A stretch of DNA of 63,047 nt, filler included, from Octopus bimaculoides (taxonomy: Eukaryota): assembly GCF_001194135.2 (NCBI RefSeq). It is 6 parts of 6 records of this genome, joined end to end, with 100 filler letters (N's around TTAATTAATTAA, not from the genome) between each part and the next. Parts side by side here need not be neighbours in the genome. Positions count along the whole stretch, not along the records: positions 26,142 to 52,070 come from NC_068981.1; 5 more parts are not named here. One strand, written 5' to 3'. This document shows positions 33,563-47,105 of this stretch, piece by piece (the stretch's first letter is position 1; every line of letters begins with the position of its first letter). The position numbers and the translations under genes are program-made. The notes under the pieces were generated by a model, which saw nothing but the letters and a program-made list of their open reading frames with translations, was not told the origin of the DNA and ran no database searches.

Positions 33563-33930
33563 GTGCTCATTTAAATTAATATACATATATATATATTCTC
33601 CCATTTCTTTGTATTTTATCAGAGCTTTATATATATACAATTATTTTACAATAACTAGAATATCTGGTATCACAAGTTATTGAAATAATAGTGGAAATAT
33701 AAGATAGAAGAGACTGGATTTAAAGAGGCATAACTAATATATCCAAAGTGCAGTCTGAAGATGAATTTTCTCTCTTTTGTACATCATTGTTTTACTATAT
33801 GATTGTATTGTATAATGTATGTTCATATATATTGTATATATATTTCTGCATCAAAGTTAATAGTTTAACTCAGAGTAAATTATGAAACCTGTAGATTCTA
33901 CAGAAATATTAAAATTCATTGCCTCTCACA
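33563..33930 (+). other. Probable 3' UTR of the RGS gene
   Basis: AT-rich non-repetitive sequence after the stop; possible variant poly(A) signal ATTAAA at 33908-33913. True end unknown. Confidence 0.35.
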
Positions 33931-33970
33931 TATGCTTTTTTTTTTGCTGTTATACAACACACACACACAA

Positions 33971-34008
<38 letters not shown>

Positions 34009-34625
34009 NNNNNNNNNNNNNNNNNNNNNNNNNNNNNNNNNNNNNNNNNNNNNNNNNNNNNNNNNNNNNNNNNNNNNNNNNNNNNNNNNNNNNNNNNNNN
34101 NNNNNNNNNNNNNNNNNNNNNNNNNNNNNNNNNNNNNNNNNNNNNNNNNNNNNNNNNNNNNNNNNNNNNNNNNNNNNNNNNNNNNNNNNNNNNNNNNNNN
34201 NNNNNNNNNNNNNNNNNNNNNNNNNNNNNNNNNNNNNNNNNNNNNNNNNNNNNNNNNNNNNNNNNNNNNNNNNNNNNNNNNNNNNNNNNNNNNNNNNNNN
34301 NNNNNNNNNNNNNAACTTCATACCCTTAACCGTGAAACGTCGTACCCAATTAACTAAAGGCAGGTTTGTTTTTGCTCTTCTCTTCTGTTTCTTGTTCTGT
34401 GTGTGCCATAAATACCGCCATCCGTTAGAGAAAAAAATTGTAGTTTGGAATCAGTAGTTCTTTGACTGCTATTTCTGAATTCTCAGTATGTTGGAGAAGC
34501 AACTCCTGCTAATCCCTGTATATTTATGATTATAAATGGTTTTACCGATAAAGGTTTTTTCATACTGAGCTACTCGGCAAAATTGTTAATTATTAATTTT
34601 ATTACTAATTGACGATTCCCTGCCC

Positions 34626-34664
<39 letters not shown>

Positions 34665-35484
34665 AGTGAGATAATCAGTGTACAAATTAACAAACCATTA
34701 CTAATAGTTTTATGACAACAGAGTCAAAAACCTTATCAATCTTTGCTAGTCTTATATTGTCCAAAGATTGGTTAACTTTTTAACTCTGCTATGAACTATG
34801 AATAGTGATATGTTAGTTCATAGACATGAGAGTAAGAAACAGAAAGTGAAAAGAGTACCTAATATTTAAAGAAGAGTGATAGAATTTATTGGAAGCTGAA
34901 CGTTGTTCTGAGTTTCTTGATGCTGATCTTCAGATGATTATGAAAAAAAAAAAAATAGAACATAAGAATTTCATACATAAAGAATATACAATAAAAATTT
35001 CTGAATTTCACATCAACTGCTGGTTGACTGGCTGGTTGGTTGGTTGGTTGGTATGGAATTATAAAGGATTACGATTGGTCAATGATTTCACTGTTGTCTG
35101 AATGGTAGATGTTTAGTATGAAATGAAAACAGACATGATTTTTATAATGCAATATGGTATGTACGAAAGCATATATGTTTATATATGAAAAGCATATAAT
35201 ATATATTTTGCATATATTTTTTATATATGAAAAACATATAATATATATTGACTATGTATACATGCACACACACATAAATAAACACACAGACACACATATA
35301 CATACAAGCTTTTTTGTATGCATACATAAATGTAAAAGAAAATAAAAGAGCAAGACTTGAACTGATTAGTGTCATTAAAAGCAGAGATTTAAACAAAATC
35401 GTATTATTCCTAGACGCTTTTGTCATCAACCTTACGACTTATTTCGCTCTGACCAAGAATTTCTTTAGGGAGAATACTTTTTCC

Positions 35485-35650
35485 GGAGTGGTTGGCGTTA
35501 GGAAGGGCATCCAGCTGTAGAAACTCTGCCAAATCAGATTGGAGCCTGGTGTAGCCATCTGGTTCACCAGTCCTCAGTCAAATCGTCCAACCCATGCTAG
35601 CATGGAAAGCGGACGTTAAACGATGATGATGATGATGATGATGATGATGA
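35485..35650 (+). mobile_element. Young RTE 3'-UTR tail with (GAT)n
   Basis: ggagtggttggcgttaggaagggcatccagctgtagaaactctgccaaatcagattggagcctgg...gcggacgttaaacgatgatgatg. Confidence 0.85.
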
Positions 35651-36827
35651 ATCTCATNNNNNNNNNNNNNNNNNNNNNNNNNNNNNNNNNNNNNNNNNNN
35701 NNNNNNNNNNNNNNNNNNNNNNNNNNNNNNNNNNNNNNNNNNNNNNNNNNNNNNNNNNNNNNNNNNNNNNNNNNNNNNNNNNNNNNNNNNNNNNNNNNNN
35801 NNNNNNNNNNNNNNNNNNNNNNNNNNNNNNNNNNNNNNNNNNNNNNNNNNNNNNNNNNNNNNNNNNNNNNNNNNNNNNNNNNNNNNNNNNNNNNNNNNNN
35901 NNNNNNNNNNNNNNNNNNNNNNNNNNNNNNNNNNNNNNNNNNNNNNNNNNNNNNNNNNNNNNNNNNNNNNNNNNNNNNNNNNNNNNNNNNNNNNNNNNNN
36001 NNNNNNNNNNNNNNNNNNNNNNNNNNNNNNNNNNNNNNNNNNNNNNNNNNNNNNNNNNNNNNNNNNNNNNNNNNNNNNNNNNNNNNNNNNNNNNNNNNNN
36101 NNNNNNNNNNNNNNNNNNNNNNNNNNNNNNNNNNNNNNNNNNNNNNNNNNNNNNNNNNNNNNNNNNNNNNNNNNNNNNNNNNNNNNNNNNNNNNNNNNNN
36201 NNNNNNNNNNNNNNNNNNNNNNNNNNNNNNNNNNNNNNNNNNNNNNNNNNNNNTATATATATAATACAGAATGGGAGAAGAACGCAAAGTATCCAGACAG
36301 TTAGGTGATACAAGAAAGGGACAACAAAACTTCCAGATAGACGATACAAAGAAAACAAGGACAGAGTAGCAAAGATGTACAGGGGTCAATTCATTACACC
36401 CATTTCAAGCGGCTCCTTTAATTGATTAATGAAAGCAGTAAATCATTTGAAAGAAACCGTTCTCGTCAGATAACCACATAGACTTCAAACATAAAGAACA
36501 CAACCATTTCTTTAACATATTTACATCAATAATGGAACTCAAAATATTTACATTGTTTCTTTTGTCGTATCTGTGGCAGAATGAGTTTAGAAAATAATCT
36601 TGGCACACACGGCAGGAATAATGTCTGCACACATGGCAAGAATATCAGGTACAAACACCCGCTGCATGGAGTCTTGATATTCAATTAATCTTGTTTGGGT
36701 GTGCAGATTATACTGACCTAGCAAGGTGCCTCAATTTAAGTACCTAATTCAACGGAATCTTAATTATATTTTAGACATATATACATATACATACATACAT
36801 ATACACACACACACATATATATATATA

Positions 36828-37150
36828 TGTGCGTGAGAAGACCCGGCAAACCAAGTGAGACCTAAATCCAAGGCCTCTGCCAGGGGTCTAGCCAGCCCAC
36901 TTATACGTACCTTTCCTACATTGGACACTAAACTCTGCTTGCGAAGACTTGTTGAGGCATGTGAAATCGAACTAAATTCGACGACTGGCACCCGTGCCAA
37001 CGTCGTCTCCTTCATTGGACACGAAACTCAGCTTGGAAGACTTATTGAGGCAAGCGAAAGCGAAATCGGGATAGCACCTGTGCCCAGCGTCGCCTTTCTG
37101 GCACTTGTGCCCGTGACATGTGTAAGGATTTTCGAGCGAGATCGTTGCCA
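36828..37150 (+). mobile_element. RTE 3'-UTR variant
   Basis: Starts gtgcgtgagaagacccggcaaaccaagtgag as at 46483 and ends in the gatcgttgcca unit at the gap. Confidence 0.65.
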
Positions 37151-38713
37151 NNNNNNNNNNNNNNNNNNNNNNNNNNNNNNNNNNNNNNNNNNNNNNNNNN
37201 NNNNNNNNNNNNNNNNNNNNNNNNNNNNNNNNNNNNNNNNNNNNNNNNNNNNNNNNNNNNNNNNNNNNNNNNNNNNNNNNNNNNNNNNNNNNNNNNNNNN
37301 NNNNNNNNNNNNNNNNNNNNNNNNNNNNNNNNNNNNNNNNNNNNNNNNNNNNNNNNNNNNNNNNNNNNNNNNNNNNNNNNNNNNNNNNNNNNNNNNNNNN
37401 NNNNNNNNNNNNNNNNNNNNNNNNNNNNNNNNNNNNNNNNNNNNNNNNNNNNNNNNNNNNNNNNNNNNNNNNNNNNNNNNNNNNNNNNNNNNNNNNNNNN
37501 NNNNNNNNNNNNNNNNNNNNNNNNNNNNNNNNNNNNNNNNNNNNNNNNNNNNNNNNNNNNNNNNNNNNNNNNNNNNNNNNNNNNNNNNNNNNNNNNNNNN
37601 NNNNNNNNNNNNNNNNNNNNNNNNNNNNNNNNNNNNNNNNNNNNNNNNNNNNNNTATATATATATGTATATATATATAAATACAAACCTCATGTTACCAT
37701 GCGTATTCCTGCCCCCCACCCCACCCCGGACATTGAATTGCAGATTCGTTGAATGTACAGCTGACACATCAGGAATCAAAAAAATCGGCAGGAAAAACCA
37801 AGCTAAAATTTAAGCTAAACGTCGATTTTTCATTATCAGGTTAATTATAGTTATTTCTCCTTAATAAAGATAAGCTCTTGTGCATTACATCCCAGAAAAC
37901 TTTTTTTAATTACAAATTACTGCACCATATGTTTAACATACAAGGTTTTCGTTAATTAATGCAAAAGTGTTTGTCAGCTTTATATATCATACTGATTAAC
38001 ACACGTCCCCGACTCTCACAGATATTACGAAATAATCAACAAAAGTTCTGAGAAACAAAAAATGATAAATTTGTAACACAGAAAAAAAAAAAAGACGAGC
38101 GAAAATGGAATTTCAAAGACATAAATAGTTGCTCTTTTGATAAAACTGCTGTCATAGGGATTAGGATACAAAACACATTAGAATCAGTATAAAGTACAGT
38201 AAAAACATACGTCAGGTTAACCAGGTTCAATTTTAAAACCTAATACAAAGATCATACTTGTTCGTTTCGCTCAAAGAATATGTGCAATACCATGTCCTTT
38301 CGAAACACATTTAGTTTTTAAAACACAGAGAAAGTAACATTATGACGAAAAATTTCATATGAAGAAGCAATATATAATTTAACTATCGTACAACTGTGAA
38401 ATCTTTATACGTAGAGTTGAACGAAACAACCGCATTATTTAGATACAACCCTTTACGTTTTAAGTTCAAGTCCCACCAAAGTCAACGTTGTCTTTTACGT
38501 TTCAAGGGTCGATCAAATACTGAACACTAGATTGCTTTAAATTCCTATAAAACATCTTTGACGAGAATACAATTGTAATAGAAGACTAATACCAACTGAA
38601 GGTGGATAAAACTATGTACAGGTTATTGTACTTTTAAACTCATACAAGTTGTAAAGTTATAAATCAGACAATGAAAGACCACGTAATACTATTGAATTTT
38701 TACATGGCTCACA

Positions 38714-38919
38714 CCAGTCTTCATTCTCTTAAGCTCCTGTTTGGCACCAGTCTTCATTCTCTTAAGCTCCTGTTTGGCTCCAGTCTTCATTCACTTAAGC
38801 TCCTGTTTGGCTCCAGTCTTCATTCACTTAAGCTCCTGTTTGGCTCCAGTCTTCATTCTCTTAAGCTCCTGTTTGGCTCCAGTCTTCATTCACTTAAGCT
38901 CCTGTTTGGCTCCAGTCTT
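38714..38919. repeat. 33-bp minisatellite, 6 full units plus a partial
   Basis: ccagtcttcattc(t/a)cttaagctcctgtttggc(t/a) starting at 38714, 38747, 38780, 38813, 38846, 38879 and 38912. Confidence 0.95.
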
Positions 38920-40362
38920 TACGGAAGTTCTCATGTACGTAAAGAAAATTTCCAGGCGCAGGGAGTGATCTAATTAAAATTTTGCAGCTAATTCAACCAA
39001 ACAAAGAAACGTTTATCTGCTGAATTTTAAATGATCGGGCAACGCCTAAGTTTGTTACTTTCAGCTGGAAATTTCCTTTCCCGCTCTCTTTCTCTGTTGT
39101 AATTCGATTTAATGTGATTTAAGTAAGTCAAAATGCTAGCAGTAACCCGATCCTGCTCGCAACAATAGCCTCGCTTCGTTTACAAATGCATCATCGGGTA
39201 TCTATTTGATGCCAAGTACAGTGAATGCTAAAATGTTGCTTTTTATTTTCCATTAGGTCTTTCTTCCAGTACACCGATTATAATGGCAATGATCATCATG
39301 ATCATGACAATAGTGATGACGATGACGACGACAACGACACAATGATGATGATGATGACAACGGCAACGATGACTATGATAATGACGACGATGATAATAAA
39401 GATTCCTATTAAAAGACAACAAAAAATTGCCCATTATTTTACCATTTTTCTCTTGCAGATTCAAAGTGACCTAATTCTACGAAACACCAGACTCTCATAT
39501 CTATATTAAGTGTACGATTATGTTTATAACATCACAAACTAGCCGTCCTTATACATGGATTACGTATTAATCGGCTCATTTGATTTACAGAAACATTTTC
39601 AGGCTGTACAAACAAAAGTATGTCTGCATAAGCAAAATGATATCTGACAAGTTGATATCAATTCAGTGCATCAGAGATTTATAGTTATATCATAGAAGAA
39701 TGATATCTGTAACATAAATTTTACTCTGACTCGACATCTTCACTAACTTTGTAAGTGTAAGCTCATTTTAATTGCAGCATTCTTGTTTAACATAAACTAG
39801 TCAAACATCTAGAAATCATCCTATTTTTTTCTTTTTTTTTTTACATATGCTCAAACTATATCTTTAAATTAGATTTTTTGTCATATTTTTCTTAGACCCT
39901 TCGAATTATAAGACCAGTTACTCAGTTTCCATGGCGTGTAAGCGACCAATAACACAACGTTCCCCCAAATGACACATAGGTCCGTTGCAGGGATGTTAGA
40001 TTTATACAGAAAGGATGGAAAAACAGGTTATTCGGCAATTAGAAAACTATGGATCAGGACATAAATAGCCACCAGAAGTGATATCTGCGTAAGAAGGGCT
40101 GCAGCGTCATTTCCCAGTGATATCCTTATACAACTAGATGGACTGGCTGTGAAGAGTTAAGTCTCTGTAGCATAAACACATAGCGATGAGTATGGAATAT
40201 AAACCATATACCAGTCGCATAGTGTGGCGTGTATGGAGTGTGCGACCAGTGTAGGTTGGCCTCAGAGGTGGAGTAGCATGTTGAAGGCATGCTACGTTTA
40301 AAGAAAGGATTGGCCGATTTGGCTACCATACAGAGCGACCAAAACCCACACCCTGTCCCGTA

Positions 40363-40538
40363 TCAGGACAATTACCTCCCATAGGACAATTCCCCCCGAC
40401 GACAACTACCCCTAGGAAATTAAACCCCCCCCCCCTCTGCTTAATTACCCCATCTCAAATATATTTAGAAGTTTTAAATCATCATCTGTTGTCCTCGGGG
40501 GTATTTGGGTTATTGTCCATGGAGGGTAAATGTCCTAG
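40363..40538. mobile_element. MITE-like inverted-repeat element
   Basis: ggacaattacctcccataggacaat ... attgtccatggagggtaaatgtcc imperfect inverted ends. Confidence 0.45.
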
Positions 40539-40799
40539 ACTCTCTAGACTACGCCACTGCCAGCTATTGTTGCCAAGATATATTAAAAGATAAGTGTATT
40601 GGTTTATCTCATAGTTATTAAAATTTAGTTTCTGAAGGAGAAGCTGATGAACATGGTTGTGTGGTTAAGAAGACCGTTAGGCAAACAATGAAATTTGTAA
40701 TTCTAGGATCGGAACTATGTGATTGAGAAAGTGTCTTCTGTTTACACCTGCATATTGACCAATGCTTTGTACGTAGAAACTTAAAAAGATTTTCAAAAA

Positions 40800-41110
40800 T
40801 TTTATTAGAACATTTAAATACAAAGGAACGGGAATAAAGAGAGAAAAGGGACAAAGGAAAGGAAAAAAGGCGAGAGTAAAACAGCGGAAGATGGATGGGG
40901 AAGGGAGAGGGAACAAATGGTACGTTCAGCCGCGCCCCGCTGTGGTGTTGCCTTGGGGGTATGACCAGCGACTCTCGCAGCAGCAACCACTCTACCTCAT
41001 GGGGCTCATTTCTTAGATGGGTCACCGTTATCCCTATTTTGCGGAGAAAATTGGTAGTGCGGGGTCCTAGAACACCTGACGTCTCGACGGCAACCGACAC
41101 AAACTGATAT
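40800..41110 (-). mobile_element. 3' fragment of a restriction-like-endonuclease non-LTR retrotransposon (CRE/NeSL-like)
   Basis: YQFVSVAVETSGVLGPRTTNFLRKIG...EVEWLLLRESL resembles the F-x-P-x-AVET-x-G-x-x-G...FL-x-x-IG...L-x-Q-R-L-S REL C-terminus. Confidence 0.55.
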
Positions 41111-41169
41111 ACTATATACATATATATATACACACATTTGCACACACATATATACACATATATATACAC

Positions 41170-41240
<71 letters not shown>

Positions 41241-41264
41241 TACACATATATATACAGTTATGGG

Positions 41265-41770
41265 GGGGGGAAAAAACTTGGATCTTATAAATTTTCCGAA
41301 GTCCTCTCCCCACCTCCTTCGGAAAAACTTTTCCCTACAAATTTCTTTATAATCGTAATGTATGTCGTTTGAATGGTATTTGTATAAAATTTCAATGAAA
41401 AATAAAAACCCATTTTCGTAAAAGTTATGAGGAAAAAACTCGGATCTTGTGAATTTTCCGAAGTCCTCTCCCCACCCTCCTGTTTCTAAGCGCGCATTTT
41501 TTTTTTCATATTCATTTCCTACACATAGTTTTACACCCATTCCAGTAATTTTTGTGGATTTTCATTTCCAGGTCAAGATGTAAACATTAACCAAAGCTTC
41601 TACTCATGTAAATTGATTACTATTGTTTGGATAGTTCCAGTTAAATAAGTCCAGAAGTTAGGTTAAATATATATATACATGCATAAGTGCCGTGTATTCC
41701 CATTCTACAAACTGGCAAACAATTCCGTGAATACTTTACCAGGCAAGGCCGGGTAATAAGTCCAGTAAAC
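41265..41770 (+). mobile_element. Possible non-autonomous Helitron-like element with an internal direct repeat of about 45 bp
   Basis: aaaaaactyggatcttrtraattttccgaagtcctctcccc occurs twice (about 41272 and 41433); 3' ccaggcaaggccgggtaataagtccagta resembles a hairpin + CTAGT end. Confidence 0.3.
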
Positions 41771-41939
41771 ATTTAAAACTGGTGCTTTCGAATGAAGACT
41801 CTTGTAAGATTTGTTTGTTCTGAACGAAATTCCTGTCAGCCTCTCATTACCAGAAATACGGTGAACCAGTGACTGGCCCATTGGAAGTATGTAAACCTTT
41901 ATTCACATATTCAAAGGCGCTGTTCACTTATTGCAATAT

Positions 41940-42180
41940 CATCATCGTCATTTAACGTCCGTTTTTCCATGCTTGCATAGACCAGACGGAATTTGTCGAA
42001 GTAGGTTGTCTCTACAGCCGGATGCCCTTCCTGCCGCCAACCCTCACTTGTTTCCAAGCAACGTAATATTTTCCATAACCAGATATGTTCTCTTCGGAAA
42101 ACTGGGAACGAATAACATCGCTCGCTTGTATGACGGTGATGTTCATTTATACTTATAATGTGATGTTAAGACAAAGACAA
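41940..42180 (-). mobile_element. Element with an RTE-type 3' tail
   Basis: catcgtcatttaacgtccgtttttccatgcttgc...ctacagccggatgcccttcctgccgccaacc matches the RTE tail in reverse. Confidence 0.6.
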
Positions 42181-42233
42181 CATATAATGAAAAGCATACA
42201 CACACATACATATATACACGCGAGCGCGCACTC

Positions 42234-42276
<43 letters not shown>

Positions 42277-43335
42277 TATTTATCTGGCCGGAGTTTTTCG
42301 AGGCCACCACGTAGTCTCCGCCAAATAGCTGACCAGCGCAAAGNNNNNNNNNNNNNNNNNNNNNNNNNNNNNNNNNNNNNNNNNNNNNNNNNNNNNNNNN
42401 NNNNNNNNNNNNNNNNNNNNNNNNNNNNNNNNNNNNNNNNNNNNNNNNNNNNNNNNNNNNNNNNNNNNNNNNNNNNNNNNNNNNNNNNNNNNNNNNNNNN
42501 NNNNNNNNNNNNNNNNNNNNNNNNNNNNNNNNNNNNNNNNNNNNNNNNNNNNNNNNNNNNNNNNNNNNNNNNNNNNNNNNNNNNNNNNNNNNNNNNNNNN
42601 NNNNNNNNNNNNNNNNNNNNNNNNNNNNNNNNNNNNNNNNNNNNNNNNNNNNNNNNNNNNNNNNNNNNNNNNNNNNNNNNNNNNNTATATATATATATAT
42701 ATATATACACGCACACACACACACACACACGACTAGCTTCCTCCAGTTTCCTCCTACCAGATCCTCTCGCAAGACACTTGACCAAGGTACCGCACAGTGG
42801 GACTGAACCTAAAACCAGATGATTAGAAAAATTATTTTAAAATTTTTTAATTCTTAATTCATCATTGTAGTCCTGTGTAAGGGTCTTTCTGGATTTCTGG
42901 ATCCGGTTATCACGCGGTGGTGGATAACAAACGTACAAAGATACCGACTACCAAATCTACTAACAAGATTTGGGTCGGCCTGGGGGTCCATTTTCCAGAA
43001 AGTTATAGGAAACAAAGTCGTGAGGCAGGGCACACATCTGTAATTATGCCCTCTTCGTATCTTTAGATCCAGAGAACAATCTTTAACATAAGTTTTATTG
43101 TTGTCTGAACCATTTTACTTAACCTTCTTGAATAACAGATTTGTAACTGTGATCAACATCCTAGGGAGATGGGCTCCATTAACTGATCTATCCTTGAGAT
43201 GTACAGATCTTCAATGATAACTTTCATAACTACATAATTTCTAATGTAGGCTCAAGTAATTGGTGTATAACCCTGTTTACATACAGGCGAAACTCAGAGC
43301 AACGAGAGGCTGACTCGACCAAAGAAAATACATTA

Positions 43336-43389
<54 letters not shown>

Positions 43390-44646
43390 ACATACATACA
43401 TACACACATAACACATATGATATGGGTGGGGTGAACACTGACTAAGGATAAATAATGCTTATCCAGTCTGTGCCACGTCTATCCACTAATCTTTAGAAAT
43501 AAATAAATAAACGCAATTGACGACGGATTAACCGTCAAAAATATAAATATCTGGCGAGTTTAACAAACAAACACAGTTGCTAATACATCATTTAATTCTA
43601 TCGTATACCGATCCCGGCTCGCGAAACTATTTAAAGTCTTAAAGAAAAACCTTCCGNNNNNNNNNNNNNNNNNNNNNNNNNNNNNNNNNNNNNNNNNNNN
43701 NNNNNNNNNNNNNNNNNNNNNNNNNNNNNNNNNNNNNNNNNNNNNNNNNNNNNNNNNNNNNNNNNNNNNNNNNNNNNNNNNNNNNNNNNNNNNNNNNNNN
43801 NNNNNNNNNNNNNNNNNNNNNNNNNNNNNNNNNNNNNNNNNNNNNNNNNNNNNNNNNNNNNNNNNNNNNNNNNNNNNNNNNNNNNNNNNNNNNNNNNNNN
43901 NNNNNNNNNNNNNNNNNNNNNNNNNNNNNNNNNNNNNNNNNNNNNNNNNNNNNNNNNNNNNNNNNNNNNNNNNNNNNNNNNNNNNNNNNNNNNNNNNNNN
44001 NNNNNNNNNNNNNNNNNNNNNNNNNNNNNNNNNNNNNNNNNNNNNNNNNNNNNNNNNNNNNNNNNNNNNNNNNNNNNNNNNNNNNNNNNNNNNNNNNNNN
44101 NNNNNNNNNNNNNNNNNNNNNNNNNNNNNNNNNNNNNNNNNNNNNNNNNNNNNNNNNNNNNNNNNNNNNNNNNNNNNNNNNNNNNNNNNNNNNNNNNNNN
44201 NNNNNNNNNNNNNNNNNNNNNNNNNNNNNNNNNNNNNNNNNNNNNNNNNNNNNNNNNNNNNNNNNNNNNNNNNNNNNNNNNNNNNNNNNNNNNNNNNNNN
44301 NNNNNNNNNNNNNNNNNNNNNNATATATATATATATATATACATACATATATATACACACACACACTGTTTATCGACCGTTTAAGCTCAAACGCTCACTT
44401 TACATCTTACAAATTCAACAACGCCCTCAACATTGCATTATGTATGTAATGCTAACATATAATTCTTTGCTATTTTTGTTTTTCACCCACCGCTCTTTTT
44501 TTCCGTCGACCCTTTTGAGAAACCATTGTTTCAGATTATCATATCGAATTCAGTACTTATTTTATCGATCTCTAGGTTACGGGATTTACATCACAGCACA
44601 CTTGTTTCTGGCCTCTTTCTCGCACCTCTCTCTCACTCTCTATCTC

Positions 44647-44683
<37 letters not shown>

Positions 44684-44685
44684 TA

Positions 44686-44728
<43 letters not shown>

Positions 44729-44819
44729 TCTCTGGGTAACTATGTACCTCCTCTATAGCAAGACACCTATTTCTGCCTCTCTAACCTTTCATCATTTGAT
44801 ACTGGATCACCTTCTCTAA

Positions 44820-45257
44820 TTCCCCCTCTGTTGTAGCAAGACACCTGCTTCTGTCTCTCTGTCTCTTTGACACACTCTAGCCTCTCATCCTCTGACACAA
44901 GTTTTCCCCCTCAAATGCCCTGCCCCTCTCATAATTCCTTGTCTTGTGAGTTATTTGGTTACCCTGCCAGTGCTGGTGCCATGTTAAAAGCATCCAGTCC
45001 ACACTGTAACATGGTTGGCGTTTGGAAGGGCAACCAGCTGTGAAATATCATGCCAAAACTAATTTCGCCTGAGTTAGTGCTACGTAAAAAGCACCGAGTC
45101 CACACTGTGGAGCCGGTGGTGTTAGAGGAAGGGCATCCAGCTGTAAAATCCCTACCACAACAGACACAGTAGCCTAGGGTAGTCTTCTACCTGGCCAGCT
45201 CCTATCATCTGTCCTACCCATGCTTGCATAGAAGATGGACATTAAACGATGATGATA
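44820..45257 (+). mobile_element. RTE-tail element with extended 5' part (similar copy at about 50870-51190)
   Basis: agcaagacacctg...cttgtcttg...tgctggt...aaaagca...aagggcatccagct...acattaaacgatgatg in both. Confidence 0.65.
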
Positions 45258-45453
45258 AACAATACCAGTTTTGTATCAATGTAAACAAACGCTCTGACAT
45301 GCAATTAGTGAAACTTCAAAGTCTCTGACACCACTTTTCCATGTGAAAATAAACAGCTTACTCTTTTCTTATGCATTGAGTGTCTTTTCAATGAAAGCTT
45401 CTCTTTATATATAATTTATTCATAAAGCACTTGTGTCAATATCTATCTACCTA

Positions 45454-45500
<47 letters not shown>

Positions 45501-45619
45501 NNNNNNNNNNNNNNNNNNNNNNNNNNNNNNNNNNNNNNNNNNNNNNNNNNNNNNNNNNNNNNNNNNNNNNNNNNNNNNNNNNNNNNNNNNNNNNNNNNNN
45601 NNNNNNNNNNNNNNNNNNN

Positions 45620-45655
<36 letters not shown>

Positions 45656-46095
45656 TGCCATAACTCTTCGAAACGTTTAGTTTTAGAATGGTGGCAGCTG
45701 ATGGAGGAAATGTTCTCTATATGGCCTGTGTGTTTTCTGTGCTCTATTTATGTTCTTTTTCGCATTTTGTCCACGTTTTTTTGTAACGTCCTGTACCCAG
45801 ATATGCATCTATATACACATGTAGATGTAGGTATGTACATACATGTACGTATATATGCATATACTCACGTATTATTTGTATTATATATATATATATATAT
45901 ATNNNNNNNNNNNNNNNNNNNNNNNNNNNNNNNNNNNNNNNNNNNNNNNNNNNNNNNNNNNNNNNNNNNNNNNNNNNNNNNNNNNNNNNNNNNNNNNNNN
46001 NNNNNNNNNNNNNNNNNNNNNNNNNNNNNNNNNNNNNNNNNNNNNNNNNNNNNNNNNNNNNNNNNNNNNNNNNNNNNNNNNNNNNNNNNNNNNNA

Positions 46096-46425
46096 ATCGA
46101 CCCCAGGACTTATTCTTTGTAAGCTTAGTACTTATTCTATTGGTCTCTCTTGCCGAACCGCTAAGTTACAGAGATGTAAACACACCAGCATCAGTTGTCA
46201 AGCGATGTTGTGGGGGACAAACAGACACAAACACACACATAATATATATACATATACATACATATGATGGGCTTCTTTCAGTTTCCGTCTACCAAATCCA
46301 CTCACAAAGCTTTGGTCGGCCTGAGGCTATAGTAGAAAACACTTGCCCAAGGTGCTACACAGTGGGACTGAATCCAGAAGCATGTGGTTGGTAAGCAAGC
46401 CACTTACCACACAGCCACTCCTGCA
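46096..46425 (-). mobile_element. SINE family B
   Basis: Collinear with 16664-17112; 3' end lost in a gap. Confidence 0.8.
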
Positions 46426-46464
46426 CCTATATATATATATATATATTTATACACACACCACCGA

Positions 46465-46878
46465 GACCTTTGGAAATGTGCTGTGCGTGAGAAGACCCGG
46501 CAAGCCAAGTAAGATCGTTGCCAGTGCCCCTGGACTGGCTCTTGTGCAGGTGGCACATGAGATGCACCATTTTGAGCGTGGCCGTTGCCAGTACCGCCTG
46601 ACTGGCTCCCGTAGGATTTTCGAGCGAGATCGTTGCCAGTGCCCCTGGACTGGCTTGTGCGGGTGGCACATAAAAGACACCATTTCGAGCGTGGCCGTTT
46701 TCGTGCGGGTGACACGTAAAAGCACCCACTACACTCTCTGAGTGGTTGGCGTTAGGAAGAGCATCTAGCTGTAGAAACTCTGCCAAATTAGATTGGAGCC
46801 TGGTGTTGCCATCCGGTTTCACCAGTCCTCAGTCAAATCGTCCAACCCATGCTAGCATGGAAAGCGGACGTTTAAACG
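46465..46878 (+). mobile_element. Young 5'-truncated RTE copy: last codons plus 3' UTR with tandem units of about 62 bp
   Basis: accgagacctttggaaatgtg (identical to the ORF end at 5301-5321), repeated gatcgttgccagtgcccctggactggct units, then the standard tail. Confidence 0.85.
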
Positions 46879-47105
46879 ATATCCTTGGCCTGAAGAGTAA
46901 ACTGCAGTGTTCACCTCGCTTGGATATTTACTATTTCCGAGGTTCCGCCCACTTTGAAACATATGTAGCCCGGATCTTATCTACTCCATTCCTTAACTCT
47001 TGTATTCTTATTCACACACCAAGCAACCCTGGTTGCCTACCATGAAATACAAAAAGAACATTTCTCAGTTCATTGTACTTCAATACAAAAAAAAAATACA
47101 AAAAA

